A stretch of DNA of 64,000 bases from assembly GCA_965602015.1 (NCBI GenBank), contig OZ271918.1:2432001-2496000 (forward strand). The letters run 5' to 3'. Below, piece by piece: positions 41,219 to 51,047 of this stretch. Within the stretch, counting starts at the first letter, position 1, and each line of letters begins with the position of its first letter. Both the position numbers and the translations under genes were made by a program. The DNA comes from Salinispira sp. (GTDB lineage: Bacteria; Spirochaetota; Spirochaetia; DSM-27196; Salinispiraceae). The notes under the pieces are model-generated. The model was not told the origin of the DNA. It made no database searches and saw nothing but the letters and a program-made list of their open reading frames with translations.

Positions 41219-42514
41219 ATGAACTCTGCAAACTCCGGCATACAAAAACTTTCCATCAGCGCCCGTTTGATGTTTCTCCTCCTGCTCGCCTCGGCGCTGC
41301 CGTTTTCCCTCTCGGCCCAGAGCGTCCCCGGCGAGGACCTGAGGGTCGCCGAAGTTTTTACCCCCTTTGTCAGCGGTCTGCAAACCGAGGTATTGGAGAG
41401 CAGCATCCGCCTGACCTGGACGGATATTCCCGATGTGGAAGGGGTAAGCTACAATATTTACCGCTCAAACGTTGAAATTACACGCCGCAGCTTCAGCACA
41501 GCCGAGCTTCGGGCGACAATTCCCGCAGGGGTTGAGACCTATACGGACAGTATTCCCCAAAACGGACCGTATTTCTATGCGGTGCTCACCGTTGATCCCG
41601 ACGGCAGCGAGCTTCCCCTGTTTATCCCCTTTCGAAACACCAATGTTCTCGCCGCAGTCATGGCCGATCTTCCGGAAAACTTCGCGGCGGCGGGTATCAA
41701 TGCCCTCACGGCCCGGGCTGGGGAGCAGGATATTTTTATAAGTTTTTCCGTACAGGGAGATCTGGGAGATATCGCCCTGTTCCGCAGCACGTCGCCTATA
41801 ACAGACAGCAGCTCCCTTGCCGATGCCATCAGGCTTGAAACCCTTCAGCCCGGCGTTGTCACCTATCGCGATTTTGTCATCCCGGGAATTCCCTACTATT
41901 ATGCGGCGCTCAGCCTAGCAGACATCGGCAGGTCCCGCCCTCAGCTCATTACCGGGCAGAACACCCTGGACACTCCGGCCGAACTGCCCCTGGGCCGCCG
42001 CTTCGCCGGGGTCAGCACAGGTCCCCGAGGTCAGAGTCTTCCCCTGCTGATTCTCGATCAGTCGGTGATCAGCGGCGGGCAGCTTCCCCGCAGCGGGGTG
42101 GAAATTCCCGACCGCCGCAGAATGAGTCCCCAAACAGCCGGCCAGGTAGCCCGCTTGCTGGAGCCCATTCAGATTGCCCGAGAAGCCGAGCGCCTCCCTG
42201 ACATTCTGGCGACGGAACGCAACCCCGCCGGCGAGAAAGACCAGTCACTGGTGCTCTACACCATCGTCTCGGAGAGTTTCTCTCTGGAAAATTATGATCT
42301 GGCGGTTCGGCAGCTGGAGAGCTTACTCACGATTCCCCTCAGCGCTGACCTGGAAAACCGGGCGCGCTATTATTATGCCCAGAGCCTGTATTTCTCTGCC
42401 GAGTATGAACGGGCCTTCCTGCAGTTTCTTATTATTCAGAACTGGGATTACCGGAGGGTGACCCCCTGGATGGATGCAATACTGGCCGAGTTGGCCCGAA
42501 TCCGCCGGGCTTGA
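41219..42514 (+). CDS. Hypothetical exported protein (FN3-like domains plus C-terminal TPR-like helices)
   Basis: Signal peptide, LTW...YNIYRS...YFYAV FN3-like pattern twice, ARYYYAQSLY TPR-like segment. Confidence 0.72.
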   Translation: MNSANSGIQKLSISARLMFLLLLASALPFSLSAQSVPGEDLRVAEVFTPFVSGLQTEVLESSIRLTWTDIPDVEGVSYNIYRSNVEITRRSFSTAELRATIPAGVETYTDSIPQNGPYFYAVLTVDPDGSELPLFIPFRNTNVLAAVMADLPENFAAAGINALTARAGEQDIFISFSVQGDLGDIALFRSTSPITDSSSLADAIRLETLQPGVVTYRDFVIPGIPYYYAALSLADIGRSRPQLITGQNTLDTPAELPLGRRFAGVSTGPRGQSLPLLILDQSVISGGQLPRSGVEIPDRRRMSPQTAGQVARLLEPIQIAREAERLPDILATERNPAGEKDQSLVLYTIVSESFSLENYDLAVRQLESLLTIPLSADLENRARYYYAQSLYFSAEYERAFLQFLIIQNWDYRRVTPWMDAILAELARIRRA

Positions 42515-42536
42515 GCCCCGCTGCAAAACGGATAAT

Positions 42537-44588
42537 TTACATTCTGCTGTTCAAACTAGAAAACTTAACGCTCACCACAAACTCCTGGGCAGCCCCGGGT
42601 TCGAGGTCAAGGGCTATGAGGGGAAGGAAGCAGGAAGCCTGATAGATTTCCCTCCACCGTTCCCGGTCCAAATGCTCGGTAATCTGGGGAATGCTCCAAC
42701 AGGGACAGCCGCTGCTGAATTCCAGCTCGATGCGAGTTTTATTGAACAGGTCCTCCAGGATGAAGCCCTGAGATTCTTCTATTTCGAGAGCCGACGGACC
42801 AATCTCAACTTTCTTGCTTTTATTGAGCCGATTATACAGCCTGAGGTATTGGACGTCGTTAGAGATAAAACTGAAGTTCATTTCCGGGGTAAAATTGCAT
42901 CGAAGGCTCTTCTGCCCCTGATTTTCGATGACATAGGCGACGGAAAAACTCTTGCGGTTGTCAAAGCGGTAGGTCTTGCTGATTTTTACCGGATGCGGTT
43001 CGTGATCGATCTGAACATCCCCGGTGGCGCTTAGGGGAAGCTCGAGTTTCTTGAGCACATTTCCGCCGCCTCCCTCTATCTCATACGGCAGCTCGGGGAA
43101 TTTGGATGAATCTTCGAAGCTCATGGACTGGAACTGATCAATCGTAACCTGGGGAGAGAGAAAATGGTCCACGAATCCCCGTCGGGGATAGTTGTCGTAT
43201 CCCCGGGACTCCTGAACAGGACCGTGATACACCTCCGGATAGCGCCCCATGTTATCGAGGTAGTTCCAGGGAGCCGGAAGGTAATCCAATTCGAAGAGAA
43301 TGCCCCCCTGGGAATGAATGTAGGCATTCATCTGATTCCCTTGAAAAAGGTATTCGTCGATTCCGTCCATATCAAAATCAAAGCTGCTGATGGATGCCGC
43401 GAAGATACCCCGCTCGCGGGTGAGGTTTTCCGAGCGGATGAGGGCCGAATAGAGCTCTTTGCGGTAGTTGTTGAAGTAGACCCCACCCCGCTCGCCGTGC
43501 CAGAACGGCAGATGGGACTGTCCATGCCACAGTTCTTCGCGGGCGGCCAGCTTGCGGTACTTATCACCCCGAATCTGAGAGGTGAGGCTCTGAACGTACT
43601 GCATTTTGCTGTACATCAGATTGACTTCCCAGTACCTCCCGAGGTTCTGACGAAAAATGCTACCGTAATAATATCCGGTTCGCCCCACCCCCGAGGTGAT
43701 GGTTCCCTTGCGCCGCAAATAGCGCTCAAGGGCTGATATGGAACCGTATGCCTGCATTTCATCGAAGCTGGTGGCGGGAAAATACCCCCGGGACCGGGCT
43801 CGGGGTTTACGCAGATACCGGGATGGAAGCAAGGTCTCGATTCTGCCGTCGGCGATCATGGATTCGAGGCGGTTCATTAGCCGTTCGAGATGGTCTTCCA
43901 CAGAGGAAGGGTCGAGCGTCCCGTCCTCAGCATCATGATGCACTTCATGCAACAGGCTGATCACCTGATCCTCCCGTTCATCGGGCACCTGATCAATCAG
44001 CCGGATTATTTCATCGGGAGACATGTTCCAGAAATTCTGGCGCACCTCATGCGACGCCGGAAAGACCAGCATGGTTTTCCCCTGGTCTTCGGTGATGCAG
44101 GGGGTGAAGAAATCCCGTTCCTCGAAACCGGCCTTCCAAAAGTGATATTCGTCGAGGAAGAGATAGTCCATTCCGGCGGCTTTGAAACTGGATGGCAGCA
44201 CGGGTTCCCAAATTTGCTCCGTCACCCAACAGCCTCGGGGACGCCTGCCGAAATTCCGGCGAAGGTAGGTGGTCAGCTGTTCTATCTGGCCGATGCGGTC
44301 CTGCTTGGGAATAAGACTGAACACCGGAGCGTAATAGCCACCGCCCAGCATTTCCAGCTGACGGCGCTTGGCCATTTCGACCATCACGTCTATGAATTCC
44401 GAGTGATTCTCTTCAATCCATTCCAGGAGGCTCCCGGAAAAGTAGGCGACAAACTTTACCGCCGGATGGGCGTACATCACTTTGAGCAGCGGTCGGTAAT
44501 ACGACTGATAGAGATTCTCCATCTCATCCTTGATGAGACCGATGGGAGCTGCGTGGACACTGCCAAAAATGATGTTCGTCTGCTTCAT
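42537..44588 (-). CDS. Glycoside hydrolase family 57 (alpha-amylase/4-alpha-glucanotransferase-like)
   Basis: SGSLLEW, EMLGGGYY.P, GCWVTEQIWEP nucleophile region, DFDMDG.DE and C-terminal DUF1926-type region. Confidence 0.85.
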   Translation of the reverse strand: MKQTNIIFGSVHAAPIGLIKDEMENLYQSYYRPLLKVMYAHPAVKFVAYFSGSLLEWIEENHSEFIDVMVEMAKRRQLEMLGGGYYAPVFSLIPKQDRIGQIEQLTTYLRRNFGRRPRGCWVTEQIWEPVLPSSFKAAGMDYLFLDEYHFWKAGFEERDFFTPCITEDQGKTMLVFPASHEVRQNFWNMSPDEIIRLIDQVPDEREDQVISLLHEVHHDAEDGTLDPSSVEDHLERLMNRLESMIADGRIETLLPSRYLRKPRARSRGYFPATSFDEMQAYGSISALERYLRRKGTITSGVGRTGYYYGSIFRQNLGRYWEVNLMYSKMQYVQSLTSQIRGDKYRKLAAREELWHGQSHLPFWHGERGGVYFNNYRKELYSALIRSENLTRERGIFAASISSFDFDMDGIDEYLFQGNQMNAYIHSQGGILFELDYLPAPWNYLDNMGRYPEVYHGPVQESRGYDNYPRRGFVDHFLSPQVTIDQFQSMSFEDSSKFPELPYEIEGGGGNVLKKLELPLSATGDVQIDHEPHPVKISKTYRFDNRKSFSVAYVIENQGQKSLRCNFTPEMNFSFISNDVQYLRLYNRLNKSKKVEIGPSALEIEESQGFILEDLFNKTRIELEFSSGCPCWSIPQITEHLDRERWREIYQASCFLPLIALDLEPGAAQEFVVSVKFSSLNSRM

Positions 44589-44683
44589 GTAGTCGCGTTG
44601 ATGCCTTTGGCATCTATCCTATCAAAACGATTGTACTGTCTGTTCTCTCATATCTCAATGATATTCCGCGAATTTATCAGCTC

Positions 44684-45256
44684 CTATACGGGAAAAACGC
44701 TTTGGTGTACGGCGTAGATTACCAGGGCGAACAGGCCAAGGGAAAGTAGGAGTATGGAGCCCCCCTTCAGGCGATACCGGCTGTTCTCCAGGGTAATCCG
44801 CTTGCGGATGAGGGTAAAAAGACCCATGGCTATACCGTAGCCCGCCCAGGAGGCGAACAGCATGAGCATGAGCTCCCAGGGACGCATGTGACGGTAACCG
44901 GCAATCAAAACGGGAATAAAAACCATGGGGTGCCGAATGACGTCATCAATAATGCCGATATCAATTGCGGAGGACTCCCGTCCCCCGGCTATGAGCACGA
45001 GCAGGCCCCGGACGCCCAGAAACAGCAGAACAAACAACAGGATAAAAAACGGCTGGCCGCCGGGAATGAGGCCGATGATACGGTTCACGGAAAATGCGGC
45101 CCAACCCGCAACGAGCAGCAGAAGCCCCCGGCGAAGCCAGAGCCTAAAGGCAGGCTCGGAAGTCCCGTCGGACATGATGTCCCCAACACCGGCGATAAAA
45201 TAGACAAAGAGATTAAGAGAGAACGCGAAGGTGGTGATTATCTGCCAGTCACTCAT
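44684..45256 (-). CDS. RnfA-like membrane subunit (highly divergent)
   Basis: About 190 aa, ~6 TM, IRKRI...LKGGSILLLSLGL resembling the RnfA C-terminus; operon position. Confidence 0.6.
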   Translation of the reverse strand: MSDWQIITTFAFSLNLFVYFIAGVGDIMSDGTSEPAFRLWLRRGLLLLVAGWAAFSVNRIIGLIPGGQPFFILLFVLLFLGVRGLLVLIAGGRESSAIDIGIIDDVIRHPMVFIPVLIAGYRHMRPWELMLMLFASWAGYGIAMGLFTLIRKRITLENSRYRLKGGSILLLSLGLFALVIYAVHQSVFPV

Positions 45257-45834
45257 GATACCGCCTTTGAGAAGAGGGCTCTGCAATATGCGATCAGGAA
45301 CAAGAGACCAAATCCGCTGGAAAAAATCATAAAGGGACCGGCCTGGTTGGAGCTTGCTCTCCATGGCGAAATGTTCAGATCCAGGCCTCCGAATGCCAAA
45401 AACTCCCGCACTGCGGCGATGAGCAGAAACACCGCCAAAAAGCCCAGGAGCCTGCCGTAGAGCGTTGCTACAGGAGAGGAGCTGCGCTCCTGCCCCGGGA
45501 ATAAGGCGATGTACATGGGCGTGGCGGCGAGGGTCAGGGGGAGCAGTATTCCCATGTCCGCCCTGATGAGGGGCACGGTCGCCGTAATAATCAAATCCCC
45601 GAGCGCAATAAAAACCGCCGCCATGAGCAACTTCGCCGTAAAATGCAGGGATTTGTGCATATATCTTTCGATTAGCCAGATGATTAGCGCCATAAGAGAG
45701 AAATACGCGAGATAAAAGCCGGAAAAAACCACTGCGTATATAAGCCTGTTGCTCATCAGGAGGATAGGGCCGATACCGAGATAGGCGCCGAGAATGGGGT
45801 TGTCCCGAAAAAGACCCTTTGTAAATTCATTCAT
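45253..45834 (-). CDS. RnfE/NqrD-like membrane subunit
   Basis: GLFRDNP, MGILLPL, AVREFLAFG motifs. Confidence 0.75.
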   Translation of the reverse strand: MNEFTKGLFRDNPILGAYLGIGPILLMSNRLIYAVVFSGFYLAYFSLMALIIWLIERYMHKSLHFTAKLLMAAVFIALGDLIITATVPLIRADMGILLPLTLAATPMYIALFPGQERSSSPVATLYGRLLGFLAVFLLIAAVREFLAFGGLDLNISPWRASSNQAGPFMIFSSGFGLLFLIAYCRALFSKAVS

Positions 45835-46340
45835 CAGCGATACTCTCCTGCGAGGGAAATCAGCCTGGTCAGTTCCCTCGCCCATTTGCGGAGATCAGAC
45901 TGCTGATAGATAAACGTGCCTGAGGAATCCTCGGAAAACTCCGGTTGCACAGTGGACAGCATGCTCTCGGCATATCCGTTTCCTCGGTCCCAACCGTTAA
46001 CCGGGTTATCAACGGAGACCACCGCATGGGAACGGTACTCTCCCATAGGGCCCAACCTGATAAGCACGTGCATATCCACCAGGTCGATGGCGGTGCGAAC
46101 CTCATACAAGGATCCGCCGTCGTCGAGCTCGTATTTAGTTCTCAGCGGGCCGTCGTTGAGCTGACGCTCCCCCCGTATGCGTGCGTCCTCCAAAATGAAT
46201 TCAAAGGCGCTGCTTCGTAACCGGGCGCCGTTAAATTCGGCGGTTTCCCTCAATAAGAGATACGCGCCGATAGGCACGGCGGTGACCACCAAAAGCAGGA
46301 TAAATATTTGCAGAATCAGCAAAGCGGTGTCGCGTTTCAT
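45834..46340 (-). CDS. RnfG-position membrane-anchored protein (no clear FMN motif)
   Basis: N-terminal TM helix plus soluble domain between the rnfD- and rnfE-like genes. Confidence 0.55.
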   Translation of the reverse strand: MKRDTALLILQIFILLLVVTAVPIGAYLLLRETAEFNGARLRSSAFEFILEDARIRGERQLNDGPLRTKYELDDGGSLYEVRTAIDLVDMHVLIRLGPMGEYRSHAVVSVDNPVNGWDRGNGYAESMLSTVQPEFSEDSSGTFIYQQSDLRKWARELTRLISLAGEYR

Positions 46341-47503
46341 CGTTTGCCCCCTTGCTGGGCGGCAAAACGATGAAATCCGAACGGACGACGCCGGCTTATC
46401 ATAATAATGAGGGGATTGGCCAGATTCATCAGCAACAGGGCGGCGGCTGATCCGTCGGACAGCATGGTGAACTCCCGCAGCAGAAACGCCAGCGCTCCGA
46501 ATCCCGCGCCGAATATCAGCTTCCCCCGGGATGTATAGGGAGTGGTTACCGGATCGCTGGCGACGAAGAACAGGATGAACAGGAAGCTGCCGCTGCTCAA
46601 GGCGAACAATACATCACCTCCGAACACATCCGCCCCCCAGTGCACTCCCGCAAAAAGAAAGCTTAGAAGGCCCATGCTGAGCACCCCCGACAGGGGAATC
46701 TGCCAACTTATGATTCCCCTTGCAAAAAGCATCACCGAAGCCAGCAGTATGAGCAGAACGGATGTACTGCCCAATGCCCCGTAGCGAAAGCCGATGAGAT
46801 AGTCGATGTAACCCTCGGGAATTATGCTCCCAAGGGGAACGAAAATTCTGTCATTGAGAAACCGGAGCAGCAGTTCGTCCGCCGTAGAACCCTGGAACCC
46901 CAGGAATTGAAGGGGGCGGAGAACCGCTGGACTTCCGTTTTCCATGAGGCGCATCTTCAGGAGAACCAAGTCACCGGCTGCCCGGTATCCCCCGGGGTTC
47001 CAGCCGATGCCGCTGATAAGGCTTCGGCCCCAGTCGCCATAGGCGAACCCCGCCGGCCAGCTGATCTGGACGAAGAGGGTCCCGGCGACGGCGGGATGAA
47101 GCCAGTTACTGCCGAAGCCTCCGAAGCTCCACTTGATCACCAAAACCGCGAAAAAACCCGCAAGGGCCGGAACCGCCGGATGAACGGTTACCGGCAAAAG
47201 CAGGGCGATGAGCGATCCGCTGAGAATGCTGCTGCCGTCGGCCAAACTCTCCCTGAATTTCGAAGGAAAGCTAGGCGCGGGAAACACAAGGAGCACGGCG
47301 ATGGCCTCGGCAACAATCACCGAGGAAAGGCTGACTATCATTTGCAGCAGACCCCGGCTCCCGAAGGCCAGCACGCCCCAGGCAAACGGCAACAGAAGAA
47401 CCGCATTCCAAATCCACATGGCCCTGATGCTGGTAATCGCCCCGGAATAATGAGGCAGCCCCGCGCGTGACAGGTCACGGGGCAGATTAATTCGTCGCGT
47501 CAT
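46337..47503 (-). CDS. rnfD: RnfD/NqrB-family subunit
   Basis: DGSSILSG.LIALLLP, KWSFGGFG.N.LHPA, GALGSTS, ASDPVTTP, LLMN. Confidence 0.85.
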   Translation of the reverse strand: MTRRINLPRDLSRAGLPHYSGAITSIRAMWIWNAVLLLPFAWGVLAFGSRGLLQMIVSLSSVIVAEAIAVLLVFPAPSFPSKFRESLADGSSILSGSLIALLLPVTVHPAVPALAGFFAVLVIKWSFGGFGSNWLHPAVAGTLFVQISWPAGFAYGDWGRSLISGIGWNPGGYRAAGDLVLLKMRLMENGSPAVLRPLQFLGFQGSTADELLLRFLNDRIFVPLGSIIPEGYIDYLIGFRYGALGSTSVLLILLASVMLFARGIISWQIPLSGVLSMGLLSFLFAGVHWGADVFGGDVLFALSSGSFLFILFFVASDPVTTPYTSRGKLIFGAGFGALAFLLREFTMLSDGSAAALLLMNLANPLIIMISRRRPFGFHRFAAQQGGKR

Positions 47504-48818
47504 TGTTCTCCCCCAGATTCTGAACCGCCACAATACCATCCCGGAGAATTCCCGTCAGGGGTATGCGCGATGGGCATACATGGGAGCACAGACCGCATAT
47601 CCGGCAGGCCATTAAGCCGGCCTGCCGGGCTTCGGGCAGGCGGTTTTGCTTGAGAAGTTTGTGCAGGGTAACCGGTTCGATATCCGCCGGACAGCTTTCA
47701 ACGCAAAGCCCGCAGTGGATGCAGGGCTGCTCCTGGGCCTCACCGAGCTCCTCAGCGGTAAGAACGGTGACCGATGCAATCTGCTTGGTTACCGGGGTGT
47801 TCAAATCAGTGACTTCGTATCCCTGGAGGGGGTTACCCGCAAGAACTTTTGCGGCAGAGTCCAGATTTTCTCCCAGTTCCTCGAAAACCGCGGCCAGACT
47901 TGTCCCGATTCGCACCCTGACTGTTCGGGTTTTTTTAATGGCTCCCCCGCCCACCGTAATAAGGCGGTCCACCAGGGCCTTGCCCAGGGCGACGGCTTCG
48001 AACAAGGCATGCACAGTGGACACGGCAAATACCCCGGCGCCGGAGCTGGCGTAGCTGTCCTCGGGAAGCAGTTCCTTACCGGTGACCATGTGAATAAGCT
48101 CCAGGGGGTCGCCGGCGCTGTAGCTGTCTCTCAGGGGGTGGAATTTGATTCTTAATCCCGCCTTCGCCGCTTCCTGTCGAACAGCATGAACATAAGGCCG
48201 GTAGCGGCGGGTGTAGACAAAATACACATCATCGCTTGAGAGTATCTTCTGCAGCATCTGAATGCCCTTGAGAATTTCAGCGGGGTTTTCCCTGCACAGT
48301 CGAAGCTCGGACGCGCTGAACGGTGCTCCGCTGGCAGCGTTTATAATGATAGAGCCCGCTCCGTGTTTGCGCAGCTCCTTCAGCATGCTGCCCAGGGGTT
48401 CAGTGAAGCTGTCCATGTGCACCAGGCCCTTTTCGCTGATGCGGTCTATCAGCGCAAGGGGGCTGAGGGCTCGCCAATCGCTTTCGGTTTTTTGCTTACC
48501 GAGATAATCGAACTGTCCCCGGAGTTTTATCGACACCGCGGGGCAGCGCTGACCGCTGGGCAGATCGATGTCCACCAGTCCCTGCACCACTCCGGGTATG
48601 GGAGAGTGAACCCCGGCTCCATCGGATTCCGATGCCCGGCCGATGAGAAGGCCCTCTCTGACTTCATCGCCCAGATTCACCAGGGCCGTCGCCGATTCGC
48701 CCTGATGCTGAAGAAGGGGCACCACCGCCTCGGCGGGCAGACTGGCCTGCCAAATGGGCTGGGAAAAATCCTTGTCGACTATACCGTAAGGCCTGACGCC
48801 TTTGTTGCGCAATTTCAA
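47487..48818 (-). CDS. rnfC: RnfC-like subunit (two [4Fe-4S] motifs, SLBB domain)
   Basis: PLLQHQG, VHSPIPG, VRIGTS, CIHCGLCVESCP and CRICGLCSHVCPSRIPL; probable TTG start at 48818 overlapping the upstream stop. Confidence 0.85.
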   Translation of the reverse strand: MKLRNKGVRPYGIVDKDFSQPIWQASLPAEAVVPLLQHQGESATALVNLGDEVREGLLIGRASESDGAGVHSPIPGVVQGLVDIDLPSGQRCPAVSIKLRGQFDYLGKQKTESDWRALSPLALIDRISEKGLVHMDSFTEPLGSMLKELRKHGAGSIIINAASGAPFSASELRLCRENPAEILKGIQMLQKILSSDDVYFVYTRRYRPYVHAVRQEAAKAGLRIKFHPLRDSYSAGDPLELIHMVTGKELLPEDSYASSGAGVFAVSTVHALFEAVALGKALVDRLITVGGGAIKKTRTVRVRIGTSLAAVFEELGENLDSAAKVLAGNPLQGYEVTDLNTPVTKQIASVTVLTAEELGEAQEQPCIHCGLCVESCPADIEPVTLHKLLKQNRLPEARQAGLMACRICGLCSHVCPSRIPLTGILRDGIVAVQNLGENNDATN

Positions 48819-50461
48819 CTGTGAGTTCTCCGTTTTTTGACCTTGGCCACCAGCCACCTCACCGGGGCGAACTGCCATCGCCCCAACCAGGGAAGGGCAA
48901 GTATGAAGAGGACCAGGACCTCAGGCACCAGATTCCACACATGGGGAACTACCAGCAGCCCGGATTCCGGTCGCACATCATACCACCTTTCCCCGTCGCT
49001 ATACAATCTAAGCATTGAACGGGGGTGGAGGTTCCGCCGCTGGGATTCTATCCAGTGTTCATCCACCCTGAAGACTTCTTCATCGAAGGAACGCAGGCTG
49101 TCTCCCGAGCGATCGAAGCGGGGCAGGTACACCGTTCCGTTTTCATATCTCCCGGCTCCCCCGGAACGGCCTACGCTCACAAAGGGATAGGCCTGCTGAT
49201 ATGCGTATTCGGCGAGGATTACCGCGGCGGGATAGGGCATCTGATCCGCCGGGTCCGCCGCGTCTATAGGGGAAATTCTTCGGGGAGCGGCGAACCGTTC
49301 CTCCAGCAGGGCAATTACCGAGGCCACGAGTTCCGGGGCATCCGACTGGCCTTCTCCATCATCAACGGCGGACTGAGGAGAAACCAGCTGCTGAGGGGCG
49401 ATGAACCTGGTGGGAAAGGGAGCGGAGTTCACCTGAAAAAGAAAGGGCAGCGAGAGGGAAAGCAGCAAAACCAAAATGAGAACCCCCCGTTCATTCCGGG
49501 CGGGTGTATGCCATGATGGTGTCAGGGGCTCGGGCACGAATAGTTCGTGTTCCCGCTCTGCGGCGACTTTGTACTCCCAGCGCAGGCGCCAGATCAGCAC
49601 CAGGGCAAAAATCAGAATCTGGGGCAGCACCAATAACCCCGCCGCGAGTCCGGGAAGGAAGGATATTCCGGCCAGCAACACTGTCAGCCCGATAACCCAG
49701 GCGCTCCGGTACGGTTCACAGCGCCGTATTAGCCCTGACAAAAATGCCGGCCACCTGCGAGGCGGGGGAAAATCCACGGATAGCGCGTTTTTATCGCTGA
49801 GAGAATCCCGATATGCCTGGGTCAGCCCGGCGCCGATCTCCTTGAGAGCGATGAACAGCACGCTCAGAGCCGCAAGGAACAGAGGGTTTTGAACCAGGTA
49901 CAGGGGAAACAGCAGGATGGTCACCGGCGCAGTCCAGTCGCGTTGACCGACAAAAACCAGCATGGCGAGGGCTGTTACAACCCACAGCAGCAGTCCGGCA
50001 AACCGGGGTAGATTTCTGTCCCGGTGGATAAAATAGTTTCGTGTTAGCTCATCGAGGACCGCTGAAATGTTCTCCGGGTCCCCGGGAACCATAATCAGTT
50101 GACCTTCTCCAAGGGGGGCGTCGAACTGGCTGAGCAGGAAAGCCCGATACGGGCTGAGGCGAAGATCATCGGCATCGAGGCGCAAATCCAAATCGTACAA
50201 CAGAACCGGGTCCACCGAAGCGCCCCGATTCAGCGGCATGCTGACCGATTCGCGCCAAAGAACCGGTCCGAGTCCGGCTTCCTCCAGGGCGTTCACCGCC
50301 CGGGGTGCTTCGTCTGCCAGTTCAACGATGGTGTATGGATATTCCTGAACTGCCGGGATGGCTGCGGGACTGATGCCGAGGATAAGATAGGCGGCTAAAG
50401 CGGAAAAACCCGCCAATAGGACGTGTAGAACGTACAGAAGAGGATTGCGGATCAGCTTCAT
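48815..50461 (-). CDS. Hypothetical multi-pass membrane protein
   Basis: 548-aa ORF with several hydrophobic segments, coupled to both neighbours. Confidence 0.7.
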   Translation of the reverse strand: MKLIRNPLLYVLHVLLAGFSALAAYLILGISPAAIPAVQEYPYTIVELADEAPRAVNALEEAGLGPVLWRESVSMPLNRGASVDPVLLYDLDLRLDADDLRLSPYRAFLLSQFDAPLGEGQLIMVPGDPENISAVLDELTRNYFIHRDRNLPRFAGLLLWVVTALAMLVFVGQRDWTAPVTILLFPLYLVQNPLFLAALSVLFIALKEIGAGLTQAYRDSLSDKNALSVDFPPPRRWPAFLSGLIRRCEPYRSAWVIGLTVLLAGISFLPGLAAGLLVLPQILIFALVLIWRLRWEYKVAAEREHELFVPEPLTPSWHTPARNERGVLILVLLLSLSLPFLFQVNSAPFPTRFIAPQQLVSPQSAVDDGEGQSDAPELVASVIALLEERFAAPRRISPIDAADPADQMPYPAAVILAEYAYQQAYPFVSVGRSGGAGRYENGTVYLPRFDRSGDSLRSFDEEVFRVDEHWIESQRRNLHPRSMLRLYSDGERWYDVRPESGLLVVPHVWNLVPEVLVLFILALPWLGRWQFAPVRWLVAKVKKRRTHS

Positions 50462-50919
50462 CTCGCGAGAAAACTCGCTGCCAGCGCAATACTTCCTCCG
50501 AGGAGAACACCGACCAGCACCTCGGGAGGCGTATGACCGTGAACCTCTTTGACTGGAGCGAAATCCACATCCTTCTGGGTCTCCAGACTTCGCCCGAGAC
50601 GATTCAGAGCCTGGGCCTGGCGGCCCGTCGAAAGCCGGACGCCTAGGGCGTCGCGGATTACCACAATGGCGAAGAACAGCGCCAGGGCGAACAAGGTGCT
50701 GTTTATGCCCTCGTTGAATGCGATGCTGACCGCGAGCGCCGTCACCAGCGCCGAATGGCTTGAAGGCATGCCTCCGGTTCGCCAGATGAGGCTGGCTATG
50801 ATGTCCGCGGGATTTCTCAGAACCTTTTTATAGAGCCCGTTGAGGATGGTCTTAATAAACTGGGCGCCGAACCAGCTCAGCAGCGCAGAAATGAAAACCG
50901 GATTTACCGATCGAAACAT
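50458..50919 (-). CDS. Divergent PAP2 family protein (DUF212, acid phosphatase/haloperoxidase-related)
   Basis: AQFIK, TGGMPSSHSA, DALGVR, GHTP.EV. Confidence 0.92.
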   Translation of the reverse strand: MFRSVNPVFISALLSWFGAQFIKTILNGLYKKVLRNPADIIASLIWRTGGMPSSHSALVTALAVSIAFNEGINSTLFALALFFAIVVIRDALGVRLSTGRQAQALNRLGRSLETQKDVDFAPVKEVHGHTPPEVLVGVLLGGSIALAASFLAR

Positions 50920-51047
50920 CTGTACTCCAGGGATTTTATTGGCAATATAATAGCACGCCAATGTAATATAATGTAAAGGGAAACAGTAATGCATCGGCGG
51001 TTCCGTCGGCGCTGGAATTTGCCCGGCTAAAGTGAGATATTCCTGCT

